Assembly (NCBI GenBank): GCA_964016885.1
Contig: OZ024741.1
Span: forward strand, 14,136,001 to 14,200,000
Length of the DNA: 64,000 nt
From: Eledone cirrhosa
Lineage: Eukaryota
Reading direction: 5' to 3'
Made by a program: the position numbers and the translations under genes. This document shows, piece by piece, positions 1-11,902 of this stretch (within the stretch, counting starts at the first letter, position 1; each line of letters starts with the position of its first letter). The notes beneath the pieces were generated by a model. It ran no database searches and was not told the origin of the DNA. It saw only the letters and a program-made list of their open reading frames with translations.

Positions 1-183
1 GTGGATTGGCAGTATCGGTAGAGGGTCAGACGCCATGCTTTCCAGCATAGTTACGTCCCTTTAAGATCTGAGTTCAAATCCCGCCGAGGTTGACTTTGCC
101 TTTCATCCTTACGGGGTCGATAAAATAAAGTACCAGTAATGCACTGGGTAATTGCTGGCCTTGTGCCTAAAGTAGAAACAATT
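1..183 (+). mobile_element. tRNA-derived SINE copy (cephalopod-type, about 180 bp)
   Basis: B-box-like GAGTTCAAATCC and body TTCATCCTTACGGGGTCGATAAAATAAAGTACCAG. Near-identical copies occur at 6790, 19718, 22338, 52260 and elsewhere. Confidence 0.85.
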
Positions 184-373
184 ATATATTTTGTGAATAA
201 TACTTTATCGTCTGTATAAGTGGTGGTTTGAACAGAACGAGGTGAGAGAATTCTGGTTTAAATGCTAAAGGGTTAAGATAATTTGATGGTAAAAATCTGA
301 TTGGGTCTGATACACTGAATGTATAATTGACATCATGAACCTACACAAAATATGAATCATGTATATATATAGC

Positions 374-645
374 TTCTTCTTCTCCTCCTCTTCCTTCTTC
401 TCCCCCTCCTTTGTGGGGTCGTGGGTCCAGAGTCCTCAAACACTCCTTCCATTGGGTCCTGTCAGAAGCAACTCTCTCCAACTGATCCTGCTGGTTCGTT
501 TTGTCCATAAAATACTTTCCTGAGACATTCTAACCCCATGCCCACAGTATCGAAGCTGTGATCTCTCAATTCTGAGAAGTAGCAGCTTTACCTGGAGTGA
601 CTCTCTGATCTCTGAGCTATGCACACTACCAAGTAACATTACTCC
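374..645 (-). pseudogene. 3' fragment of an RTE-like LINE
   Basis: ORF 436-639 reads LLLRIERSQLRYCGHGVRMSQE, resembling the RTE C-terminal 'LRW.GHV.RM' motif, and is followed by a GAA/GGA-repeat tail. Confidence 0.55.
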
Positions 646-1914
646 AGAGACCCTTTATATAGCTGTATGTTTAAATAGATTTGTATAGTTGAGTTTATCT
701 TAATAAATAACTAATATTGATTATTTGTAATAGATGTGAATGAAAGTATTTGTAAAATTATAATAATAGTAATTCAACATGGCACAAAATTACTCTTGAG
801 CTCTTTTGTGCCTGGATCAATGGGTTTGTTTTTAAATATCAGGATGAATTTTTTTGCGAAACCCTTTACTTACCAACCCAGCCAAAACCAGTTCTGGTTC
901 TGTTAAATAAAACCACCCATTTTAAATAAAAATCTTCCAACATAATTTCATATAAAAACCTTACATTAAGTTACTATCTTAGTAATGAAATGATTAATCA
1001 TTTTAGTAAATCACATATGTCTTCCTTGATTAATTAAAATAGAGTGTTTCATTAGAAATGCAGTGATGAAAGGGTTGATAAAGATCTTTTAAATATAGAT
1101 ATTTTTCTCCAATGTTTTTTTTCCTTAGAATTAAGGTACATCTTATATCCTGAAAATCTGGTAAGTTTGAAAGTTGAGCATTCTTGTTTCAGCTAAGTAC
1201 CTCCTGTTAATAGGCTGAGAAGTGTGGAACACTGTATCACTGCTGTTTCAGCTAAGACCCCTTTTTTCATGTATTCAAAAGTGTATTTGTTAATGCTATC
1301 ACTACAGATGTTTCTGCCTTACCTTGCCTCTTTTAACTCTTTACAACATTTAAGGATTTAGCAGAAAATGTCTAAAAACAAGTTTGTTAATTTAAATGTT
1401 TATAGTATATTTATTAGTGGACAAATCAGTGGGAAAAATTGCTGAGAATTAAGTAAAGATGTTAATTTCTAATGTGATGCAATCACATACTTTTCAAGAA
1501 TTCCCTGACTTGCTAATGTGGTTTCATGTAGTACATAGGATATTATGAGTTAACAGAAATACATTGGTTTTTGACATTGGACAAGACATTGTCAATCTGC
1601 CTTAAATTGAGTGACTATAAAATACTTTGTATGAAGTACCACATCCCAGGGTTAAGTGGAAGACTTTATCACCACTATCTTAGCTATCTTACTGTTTTAA
1701 TATGTGACTATATACCAATTTATACCAAACACTACATCCCAGGCTTAGCAGAAGGACTTTACACTATACTAACTACTATATGTAGGTATCTATAGATATA
1801 TGGGACAGAGCTTTCTAAATTGTGTATTGTGAAATTAAATTAAATCTGACAAATTTGTTATGAATAATAAGTTGTGGAGGATATTTCAAATTTGATAATT
1901 TTCTGTATAATAAC

Positions 1915-2115
1915 ATATCATCATCATCACCATCATCATCCTCGTTTAACATTTAATTTCCATGCTAGCATGGGTTGGACGAGCGGTCCCGTTGTGAGTC
2001 AAGCCAGGTCTGAGGACCGTGTTTTGCTCATACAGAGCTGATATTAGAGTAGTTTCTATAACAGGATGCCCTTCCTAATGCCAACCACATTTACTGTGTG
2101 GGTTGGGTGCCATTT
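1915..2115 (-). mobile_element. SINE/LINE-tail fragment with (ATG)n tail
   Basis: A (CAT)n run adjoins TTCCATGCTAGCATGGGTTGGAC...GGATGCCCTTCCTAATGCCAACCAC, recalled as a common octopus dispersed repeat (not database-checked). Confidence 0.45.
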
Positions 2116-2685
2116 CCTCATAATAGTGAGAGATGGGGAGAGCGAGAGAGACAGAGGCGATGACAGTGGGAGTTTGGTTTCTCTGTGTTCGGACCTGGTG
2201 TACATGTGTTTAGTTTTACGCTATCGACCCTTTCATCTCCTCTTTCCTTGTAAACGCGCCTGTGACTAACATCTTATGTACAGGTAATTTCTATATTTCA
2301 GTGATACAGTTAACCCGTGTGTACTGGGTGATTTTTATCTTGACACCTACACCACCACTTTACAGTGTGGACTGGGTGCCTTTTATCGTGACACCTACAC
2401 CACCACTTTACAGAGTGGACTGGGTGCTTTTTGTCATAATAATTGTTTATATATTAATTTTACTTTTGTGCAGCTAATAAAATTGAATGTATCGTAGGTT
2501 TTTTTCTTTGGAAAAAGTGTTGCCAATGAGCAAAGGTGGGAAAGCTTTGCTGTCGAGATTACATGACAACTCTATAATTCCTGGTGGTTGACACTTGAAA
2601 TATTAAGGTCTTGTAGTAAACAACAACATTGAAAACTTGGATGAGGTCTGAGGATTCTTTACATTGGAACATTATTGTATGGAAC

Positions 2686-2721
<36 letters not shown>

Positions 2722-2789
2722 CAGTTGCACCTTTTACAACGAAAATTTGATGGGGAGAATAAGCATGTAATATATTTTCTCTCCCTACA

Positions 2790-3350
2790 AAACCTCGATT
2801 CAAAATACATGGTACATTGTAAAAGTTGGATGTAGAAAGGAGCTGTGATTTCTTTACTGGACTTACAAAACCTCGATTCAAAATATAGGGGGCATTGTAA
2901 ATGTATGTAAAAAGATGTGACTTTTCTACTGGACTTACATAACCTTCATTTATGAAGATACATTGTAAGTGTGGGTAAAATGGGGGTATGATGTATTTAC
3001 TGGACTTACAGAAGGTCAGTTTTAAACATGTGGTACATTGTAAATGTAAGTAAAATGGGGGTATGATGTATTTACTGGACTTACAGAAGGTCAGTTTTAA
3101 ACATGTGGTACATTGTAAATGTAAGTAAAATGGGGGTATGATGTATTTACTGGACTTACAGAAGGTGAGTTTTAAACATGTGGTACATTGTAAATGTAAG
3201 TAAAATGGGGGTATGATGTATTTACTGGACTTACAGAAGGTGAGTTTTAAACATGTGGTACATTGTAAATGTATGTAAAATGGGGGTATGACGTGTCTAA
3301 TGGATTCACAAAACCACTTTAAAACATGTGGTACATTGTAAATGTTGCAT
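2790..3350. repeat. 75-bp minisatellite (about 4 near-perfect units plus degenerate flanks)
   Basis: Repeated TTACTGGACTTACAGAAGG...GTGGTACATTGTAAATGT; gives the 25-aa periodicity in ORF 2672-3373. Confidence 0.9.
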
Positions 3351-4151
3351 GTGTGTGACCTGCAAAACCCCAATTCAAAATAAATACATTGTACATTGTA
3401 ATTGCTGTGTACAAAAGATGATGTGACTTATCTACCGGTGCGACTTATAGATGAGTATATACAGTGAAATGTTGCTGTGGCATCTAAACAAAGACCAACA
3501 TGAAAGGTCACGTAAATTCTTTGAACAACATTCCACATGGAATGCAAAATGAATGAATAACAGAAGCTAATATTGTATGCCGTGATGGTAAATGTTAATT
3601 TATTCATAATTATTAACATAATTTATTCACTTTCATGCCTGCTTTCAGTGTCCTATCAAATTTGTCAAAGGTTATGACATTTGATGACAGAATTAATGAG
3701 GAAAATATTTCCTTAAATTATATTTTAGCAGAGTAATTAACCAAATCCTTATTTACATTATGTTTTAGTCTGTTGGACATATACATGGTTCCCGCCTCGA
3801 TTTGAACTAGGCGCCGTATATTTCTACACTGATGGTAACCTAGTAAGCCATTGGTGGATGTAAAGTTATTTTAATAATGATGTTAACCTCCCCCTTAAAT
3901 AAAAACACAGTTTCAAAGGTTTTTTTATTAAATCAAAATCTTCCAATATTATTTTATATAAGAACATTTTAAGATATGTTGTTGAAATTCCATTTCAACA
4001 ATGAAACAATAGTTTAAGTAATTCCTTCAAGTACAGAGTATTTCATTGAAGAATACATTGCTAAAACAGTGTGTGTGTAGAACAATGAAAAGAAAACAAG
4101 GTGATAGGTAGTTAATTAGTTCATTAGATATATATATATATATATATATTT

Positions 4152-4440
4152 ATTAAACATATGGTATATTGCCAAATATACTATACATACATACATTCAT
4201 ATATATATATATAAATGTATGTATAGTATATTTGGCAATATACCGTATGTTTAATTAAAAACATTTTGAAGACCATACACTATCGGTTTTAAAGTAGTGA
4301 TTATGTCTCTTTTTTTCGGGGAGAGAAGCTGACAGTCTGTTTGGCAATCATCAAAATGTTTTTAATTAAACATACGGTATATTGCCAAATATACTATACA
4401 TACATTCATGTATACAACGCTATTTCAGAGCACCAATCCT
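4152..4440. repeat. Fold-back element in (TA)n context
   Basis: GGTATATTGCCAAATATACTATACATAC occurs three times in alternating orientation; related sequence lies at 20911-20975. Confidence 0.7.
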
Positions 4441-4650
4441 AATATATATATATATGTATATTTGTTTTGATAGACTATATATATATTTATATCTGTATTT
4501 TTAACCGTTGGTCAATCAATGATAAACGTTCATTGCCAAATAAATTAACTATGGAGATATAAAATATACAGAAGCGGAAACCTACCAAACAGTGAGTGTG
4601 TTCTGTTATTATTTCTGGCAATATTATTACAACAATATGACCCTCCCCAA

Positions 4651-4690
<40 letters not shown>

Positions 4691-4713
4691 AAGAAGAAAT
4701 TAAGAGTTCCATA

Positions 4714-4783
4714 TATTTTATTATGCGCATTTCGAATACAAAATCATCCTGGGACAAAAATTGTGTTCTCATCAGATAAAATA
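4714..4783 (-). ncRNA. Type I hammerhead ribozyme in the inverted pLTR of a decayed PLE
   Basis: Minus strand reads TATTTTAT-CTGATGA-gaacacaa..ttgtattc-GAAA-TGCGCA-TA-ATAAAATA: perfect 8-bp stem I and palindromic stem III. Same family as 60219-60289. Confidence 0.85.
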
Positions 4784-4911
4784 AGGTAACATGATATGAG
4801 GCATAATAGCACGTGTTTACAGGAAAGTGCTAAGTCTACATATAACAGAAATATAAGTGTTAATACTATAGTAAGAACCAAATTAATTATAATCACAGTA
4901 TTCATAATAAT

Positions 4912-5015
4912 AATTGTTTCTACTTTAGGCACAAGGCCAGCAATTACCCAGTACATTACTGGTACTTTATTTTATCGACCCCGTAAGGATGAAAGGCAAA
5001 GTCAACCTCGGCGGG
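4912..5015 (-). mobile_element. tRNA-SINE 3' part
   Basis: Reverse complement of the 3' half of the SINE at 1-183. Confidence 0.85.
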
Positions 5016-5880
5016 AATAATAAAATTGACTATAAAAACAACAACTTGAGGAATAAATCGGGGGAAAAAATAAGAACTAGATCTATAATTTGGTATGCTC
5101 CACCAGCATCTTTAGCTATTAAAACACCTTTAGTACACTTATTTTTTAAAGCCTTGGATAAATGCTTCCCTAGATCACATAAACATTACTCGGTCTTCAA
5201 TAGACACACAGTTAAATTCTCTTATTCTACAACTATGAATATTGCTCAAAACATAGCAAAAATAAATAGTAAAAATCTTAATTTGAACCAACATATAAAT
5301 AGCGATAATAACAATAATAATACATTAGTTAATGGGAATAATAATAATAGTTTAAATATGAATAATAGTAGAACACCTCTAAATAATAATAATAATATGA
5401 ATAGTTTATGGTATAGAAATAACATCAAGAAACGTAACTGGAGAAAGAAGTCAGAATGTCCCTTACAAAATAACTTGACAAGAATCTAGTATATAAATGT
5501 ACCATTAAGACAAATAATAATATATATAACTACATTGGTGCCACTTCATCTAAATTTAAAGTTCGTTGGTACAATCATAACAATTCCTTTTCTAAACCAG
5601 ATAAAAAATGTTCAACCTCACTCTCACAATTAATATGGTCGTTGAAGGACAAGAATATTAAATACTCCATTTGTTAGACTCGGTTAAAGAATGCCAATTC
5701 CTATCGGAACGTATCCATTTCGCTAAATTTCAATCTTTGCAATCTTGAGACTCTATTGATAATTACAAATTATGACAATTTAACTAACAAGAAAAATGAA
5801 TTATTCAGCAGCTGCCACAATAAATTCGGTAAAACATTCCAGGCATTGTACAAGTTTCGAAAAAATATTGACAAATAATA
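5016..5880 (+). pseudogene. PLE RT-thumb/GIY-YIG fragment (frameshift and stops)
   Basis: IIWYAPP..LFFKALDKCFP..FNRHTVKFSYST and ECPLQNN, then in a shifted frame LVYKC..YIGATSSKFKVRWYNH; homologous to the C-terminus of ORF 61265-63727. Confidence 0.9.
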
Positions 5881-6789
5881 ATTTTAAAAATATATTTATA
5901 ATTTTTGCCTTACTGGGGTAATAATTTATTGATGTTTTATCTATTAGAATAATTTCATTAAGAGTCTCTGTATCCTATGTTTTGATTAGGACAGTTCAAT
6001 ATTTAACTAGACAATTGTTGATTTATAGTTTAGAAATATCACTAGATTTCAGAGTAGATACATGGTTTAAATGTTCACATATGGTGAATGAGTTATCTTC
6101 CTTTTGTTTACATTTTTCGTAAATATTTTTATTCTGTTTGAATAGCTTGCTAAATTATATTTGACATGAATTATGTAGTTTATTAATATAAGAATATCTT
6201 TAAAAGGAAACTATAATGATATGTAATTACAGAAGTAAATATAAATTAACGAAATAAAACTTTTGAGAGTAAATTTAACTGCAATTTAATACCGTAATTA
6301 TATGATAATTAAAGAATAGAAATGATTTTATAAAGAGAATATCCTATTTAAATAAAATAATTCGGATAAAAAATTATCTTAATATATTATATATATTGAT
6401 GGCGATATATGCATGTATTTTAATATATATTTTAATGCATGTTTAATAATTATTTAAATTTGCTTTAAAGATAAAAAATGTTTAAAGTTGTAACAAAATA
6501 CTTAAAGAATATATTACCTAAACCAAACATTCTAATCTATAATGAGTTAATTTAAATTATATAAATTTTTAATTAAACTAATTATGTGACGGCTATAAAA
6601 AGTAATGTATATTGATTAATTTTTATATAATATATAAGTATAATTAGCTTAACCATAATCAAATACAAGAGATATTCAGTGGTTTATGGTAATTGATTGG
6701 TTACCTCAATTGACTTAATATTTGAAAACAACGGTTTTTTCTATCTATCCCCCTATATTTTATGTTCCCTCTCTTTTGTCATTATTTCG

Positions 6790-6973
6790 GTGGATTGGCA
6801 GTATCGGTAGAGGGTCGGACGCCATGCTTTCCAGCATAGTTACGTCCCTTTACGATCTGAGTTCAAATCCCGCCGAGGTTGACTTTGCCTTTCATCCTTA
6901 CGGGGTCGATAAAATAAAGTACCAGTAATGCACTGGGTGATTGCTGGCCTTGTGCCTAAAGTAGAAACAATTA
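6790..6973 (+). mobile_element. tRNA-SINE, full copy
   Basis: Near-identical to 1-183; flanked by an ATTATTTC direct repeat (TSD). Confidence 0.9.
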
Positions 6974-7350
6974 TTTCTCCTTTTTTTTATATATTTCTTC
7001 CTTTATTCATCCATCCATTTATTTATTTTTATTCATTTAAATATTTATGTATGTATTTTTTTTACTTGCCTTCCTCCTCTTTACACCCGTTCTTATATCT
7101 CTAATTCGCTCCACGCCCTTTTCTTCTTTAAGTTTATCATATTATTATTTGTAGTATATAAATGTTGAGATTTCATGAAATAAATCACTGCCAATTCAGG
7201 AATTGAACTATCAAGACCGTAGAGGTATGTCATATATCAAATCATATATTTTATCTGACGAGGACGTACTGAAAAAACAATTTCTGTTTTCACCCTAAGA
7301 GGGATCATCCACAAATAGGTGGAAACACACACACACACATATATATATAT

Positions 7351-7521
7351 AGGAAAATGTTCAAGACCCAACGGCAGAGCTCAAGCCGTTTAGACGTCGA
7401 AACGGCTTGAGCTCTGCCGTCGGGGTCTTGAACATTTTCCTATTAGCCACTCTACTACCCAAAGTATTGAGTACTGTGGTGCTTTATGGTCCACCTGGTT
7501 CTTTACCACACTTCCTTCGTT
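7351..7521 (+). mobile_element. Short fold-back element (family D) with 3' half of a hammerhead
   Basis: About 46-bp palindrome arms centred near 7395; GAAA-CGGC..GCCG-TC stem III; conserved tail CCACACTTCCTTCGTT followed by (TA)n. Confidence 0.75.
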
Positions 7522-7539
7522 ATATATATATATATATGT

Positions 7540-8342
7540 GAATAAAATTAGAGCAAGAAGACAGGACTGTCCGTCATCAGTGATCTTCCAGCCATCATCG
7601 GTATTTCTGCGCGTTAAAGACCATATACCTCAGGCTGGTGCGAGCAATAACTAAAAAAAGTTATTGCGACAAGTAGAATTGGGTGAGAAAGCGAGACATG
7701 TAAACAAACAGATGGTAATGCAACGGAAAGAGAGGAAGATGAGAGACAAGTCCGTGATATCTGTGAACTTAAGTTCGAGCAAATCGTGGACCAGGAGAGA
7801 CAGACACGTCCAGACCCTGTGAAATGTGAGCGAGAAAAGGATTTCACACAGGTCAGACGGGAGGAAGTGAGAGAGGAGGAGTAGCAGAGAGTGAGGAAGA
7901 GGCCAGCCGAGAGAGGGTGACTGGCAGAGGAGGTGAATGAAGGTAAGAGATACAAGGAGAGAGAAAGAGGATAGCAGTAAGAAAGAAAGAGACTGGTCAC
8001 AGCGGAGGGAAAAATAAAAATGGCAAATGGCGTGCTGTGTTGTTGCAAATGGGATACATATGAATAAAATTAGAGCGAGAAGACAGGACTGTCCGTCATC
8101 AGTGATCTTCCAGCCATCATCGGTATTTCTTCGGATTAAAGACCATATACCTCAGGCTGGTGTGAGCTATAACTAAAAAAAGTTATTGGGACAAGTAGAA
8201 TTGGGTGGAGAAAGCAGCACGCCATTTGCCATTTTTCCCTCCGCTGGAAGATCACTGATGACGGACAGTCCTGTCTTCTTGCTCTAATTTTATTCATATG
8301 TATCCCATTTGCAACAATGTAGCACGCCATTTGCCATTTTTC
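7540..8342. repeat. Duplicated and inverted element with a CTGATGA motif
   Basis: 7540-7692 repeats at 8061-8212; 8213-8342 is an inverted copy; a relative lies near 30200-30260. Confidence 0.65.
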
Positions 8343-8478
8343 ATATATATATATATAATAATAATATATGCAGTAATAAACACAGTAAATCGTGTGTCTA
8401 ATATTACGAGGGTTGAAGAACCACATGAAACAGACAGAAAGATAAAAATATATACAGACCGCCTCGATAACTATTATA

Positions 8479-8560
8479 TCTCCCGGACAGATTAGTGATT
8501 AATCTGTTTCGCCCTGAGTGTGTTTGTAACAGATAATCCACGGGTTTCATCAGTGAGAGA
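8479..8560 (-). ncRNA. Type I hammerhead ribozyme
   Basis: TCTCTCA-CTGATGA-..-GAAA-CAGATTA atcac TAATCTG-TC-CGGGAGA: 8-bp stem III and GUC cleavage site. Confidence 0.75.
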
Positions 8561-8803
8561 ATCTGATTAAATGCGACAAACACCTAATGCTAACAGGCAC
8601 ACAAAAGTGAAAATCTCACCCCGTGCGTTGCAAGTCAAAAGTGGTGTGAGTGGATTGGCCAAAAATAACAGTCCAATACACACAATTTATAAGCTTACCT
8701 AGGAAGGGAGCCGAAATATAAATGAAAGGTAGAGTTAACTCATACTGAAACCCTGTAATATTAGACACACGATTTACTGTGTTTATTACTGCATATAATA
8801 TTA

Positions 8804-8946
8804 TAATTGTTTCTACTTTTGGCACAAGGCCAGCAAATTACCCACTGTATTACTGGTACTTTATTTTATCGACCCCGTAAGGATGAAAGGCAAAGTTAAC
8901 CTCGGCGGGATTTGAACTCAGAATGGCAAGGGCCGTAACTCTATGC
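8804..8946 (-). mobile_element. tRNA-SINE, 5'-truncated
   Basis: Reverse complement of the SINE; TSD GCATATAATATTATAAT at 8791 and 8953. Confidence 0.9.
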
Positions 8947-9091
8947 GTCAAAGCATATAATATTATAATGTTCAGTATTTATACTTTGAACTTGTTAAAT
9001 ACAGGGTTTCAGTATGAGTTATTAACTCTACCTTTCATTTATATATATATATATATACATATATTTATATATATATATATATTTGTGTATG

Positions 9092-9275
9092 TAAAAGGTG
9101 AAGAGAAATAACAACACAATCGGTACAATATATGGAAGGGAAATATTAGGTTAACGCTTGATATAGCAGGAAGAGGGTCTTAACGTTTCGGACGCTAATC
9201 CTTCACCAGAAGAAAGAATGAGAAATTAGATAGATTGAAGGGACGGGTGGGTTGGAATTGTGAAAAATGTCTTTA
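9092..9275 (-). mobile_element. PLE-type 3'-end fragment (family F) with mutated minimal HHR
   Basis: Matches 15795-15975 and 49870-50260; TAACGTTTCGGACGCTAATCCTTCACCAG is an antisense HHR with an altered core. Confidence 0.65.
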
Positions 9276-9735
9276 GATAAATTATGGTCAAATTTTGGCC
9301 TTGAAACCTTGGTTAGCGCCTTTGTTCCGTGTATGAACATAAATAATACTTGGCGTGGCAATAAAGTCTTTAGAATAACCCTTTAAATGAAAATTCACAA
9401 CATATTGAAACTAAAATTTATTTATTCTGCAAAACATAATTGCCATTGAATGCAATAACATATTTACAGTGCTTATGTAAAGCATTTAATTCTTGCTGGA
9501 ACCATTCCTTCGGCAATTGTCGAAACCAGTGCCACGATTCATCTACCATCTCTTCTAATGAAGCGAAAACATATTTTCAAAGATGTTGCTTTAATAACTT
9601 GAACACCCAACGATTGCACAAATTTAAGTCGGGACTATAGAGTGAGTGTTTGACCATTGTCACTCATCTCCCCTGGAAAATATCTTTTGTCGATTGAGTA
9701 GTTTGATGAGTGTAAACTCACAAGAATAACAACAA

Positions 9736-10277
9736 AATAGACCTGTGACAAAATACAGCATCCATACAGAATATAATAGACCTGTGACAAAATACAGCAT
9801 TCATACAGAATATAATAGACCTGTGACAAAATACAGCATTCATACAGAATATAATAGACCTGTGACAAAATACAGCATTCATACAGAATATAATAGACCT
9901 GTGACAAAATACAGCATCCATACAGAATATAATAGACCTGTGACAAAATACAGCATCCATACAGAATATAATAGACCTGTGACAAAATACAGCATTCATA
10001 CAGAATATAATAGACCTGTGACAAAATACAGCATTCATACAGAATATAATAGACCTGTGACAAAATACAGCATTCATACAGAATATAATAGACCTGTGAC
10101 AAATACAGCATTCATACAGAATATAATAGACCTGTGACAAAATACAGCATCCATACAGAATATAATAGACCTGTGACAAAATACAGCATTCATACAGAAT
10201 ATAATAGACCTGTGACAAAATACAGCATTCATACAGAATATAATAGACCTGTGACAAAATACAGCATCCATACAGAA
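9736..10277. repeat. 39-bp minisatellite, about 14 copies
   Basis: ATAGACCTGTGACAAAATACAGCATTCATACAGAATATA arranged head-to-tail with no spacers. Confidence 0.95.
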
Positions 10278-10381
10278 TCTCACACACGTACAATAAAGTT
10301 CAAATTCCAACTAATATTAACTACCTTTACTGCTATATACGGCACACAACCAACTATTGTAAAGACTTTATTGCCATGCCA

Positions 10382-10458
<77 letters not shown>

Positions 10459-11090
10459 TGATAAAATGATTAATATGGTTGACTTTCAGTATATATATAT
10501 ATTATATACTTGACCACCCGTTAGGTCACGTTCACTTCAAAATATTTTTTAAAAATCATGTTCACTTCAAAATAATTTTTAGATAATTAAAATATACACA
10601 GACATGTATATAATGTGAAATGAAACTAGAAGGCCCATATATATATACGCGTGTGTATGTATATATATAAATGTGTGTGTTTGTATACATATATATGTGT
10701 GTGTGTGTATATATTAATATATATATATAAATATATATATGTGTGTGTGTGTGTGGGGGGGGGGTCTGTGATCTATATACACTGGTCATAGACTCACACA
10801 CCCATATATATATACATAACAACACCACCATCTCTCTCTCTTCCATTCTCCTTCTCTGTCTCCTCTCCCTCTCTCTGTGTCTCTCTTTCAATCTACTTTC
10901 TCACAACTACTATCTCTTTCTCTCTGTGTTTATGAAGGTACACAGAAAACCCCATATCTCAGGAACCCGTGCTTCGATTTACGCGAAACTTATTTCAAAG
11001 TATTTTCCCCTTAAACACCCTTTTGGCTGTATTACATTACAGACAAGCAAGCAATCACAGACTTTTAGTAATATATATATATATATTATA

Positions 11091-11168
11091 CAGAGTGTCC
11101 CCCAAAAATGTATACACACTTTTATTAGAATGTTGTTGAAGTGCATATACACTTTTGGGGACACCCTG
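11091..11168. mobile_element. Tc1/mariner-type MITE
   Basis: TIRs CAGAGTGTCCCCCAAAA / TTTTGGGGACACCCTG flanked by TA. Confidence 0.7.
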
Positions 11169-11242
11169 TATATATATATATACAGCACATGCAAGCGTGG
11201 AAAAATGGACATAAAAACGATGATATATATATATATATACAT

Positions 11243-11431
11243 AGGAAAAGAGTCAGAACCCCGACGGCAGAGCTCAAGCCGTTTCGACAGCTATTTCTGG
11301 ACCAAGAAATAGCTGTCGAAACGGCTTGAGCTCTGTCGTCGGGGTTCTGACTCTTTTCCTATTACCCACTCTACTACCCAAAGTATCGAGTACTCTGGGG
11401 CGTTATGGTTCCTTACCACACTTCCTTCGTT
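11243..11431 (+). mobile_element. Fold-back family D copy
   Basis: Same palindrome and tail as 7351-7521. Confidence 0.75.
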
Positions 11432-11902
11432 ATATATATAAAGTTGTAATTCCTGTCTGTTTGTTTGTTTATTTGTTCACGAACTCCTATAGTTTTGGAG
11501 ATAGACCCTATAACCTTATATATTCTGAAACTACATTGCCTACGGTACTTGGATAAGTATATTTCATTTTAACCAAAGGGTTCCCCGGGCGCACATAACG
11601 CCGCTGAAAACTTTTTCCCTTCGATTTATATGAAATTTAAACCATAGGTAAATGACAAGATATGATACTTATTCTCAAAAGTTTTGAATTGATATTTTGA
11701 AAAAAATTATTTACAAGAAACAAAATAAGAATAGATTTAATAATGTAATTTTGATTTTATATATTACAAAAAATAATGTTTCCAATTTTTCGAAATGTAG
11801 AGTTTTTCTCCATAAATTATATCACTGATTTTAAATCAATATTCATTTTCTTACAAAAAAAAAAAAATGTGAAACGCAGCAAGGCGCGGGTAATTCGGCT
11901 AG
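11432..11902 (+). mobile_element. Non-autonomous Helitron-like element
   Basis: TATATAAAG start followed by (TGTT)n; GC-rich subterminal segment and CTAG|T end. Confidence 0.55.

Larger units (their letters stand above)
4690..7290 (+). mobile_element. 5'-truncated, decayed PLE with inverted pLTR, interrupted by two SINEs
   Basis: Inverted HHR/pLTR piece at 4690-4900, coding remnant at 5016-5880, AT-rich 3' UTR, then the start of a sense HHR (TTTTAT-CTGACGA) near 7250. Confidence 0.65.

Noticed and set aside
1-90. SINE heads as tRNA genes
   Set aside because: No complete cloverleaf; dispersed copies carry a common tail and TSDs.
2672-3373. CxxC-containing 25-aa repeat as a C2H2 zinc-finger array
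   Set aside because: No HxxxH or TGEKP linker and wrong period; it is a minisatellite.
9736-10277. 39-bp repeats as a CRISPR array or repeat protein
   Set aside because: No spacers and a eukaryotic context; the ORFs simply reflect a unit length divisible by 3.
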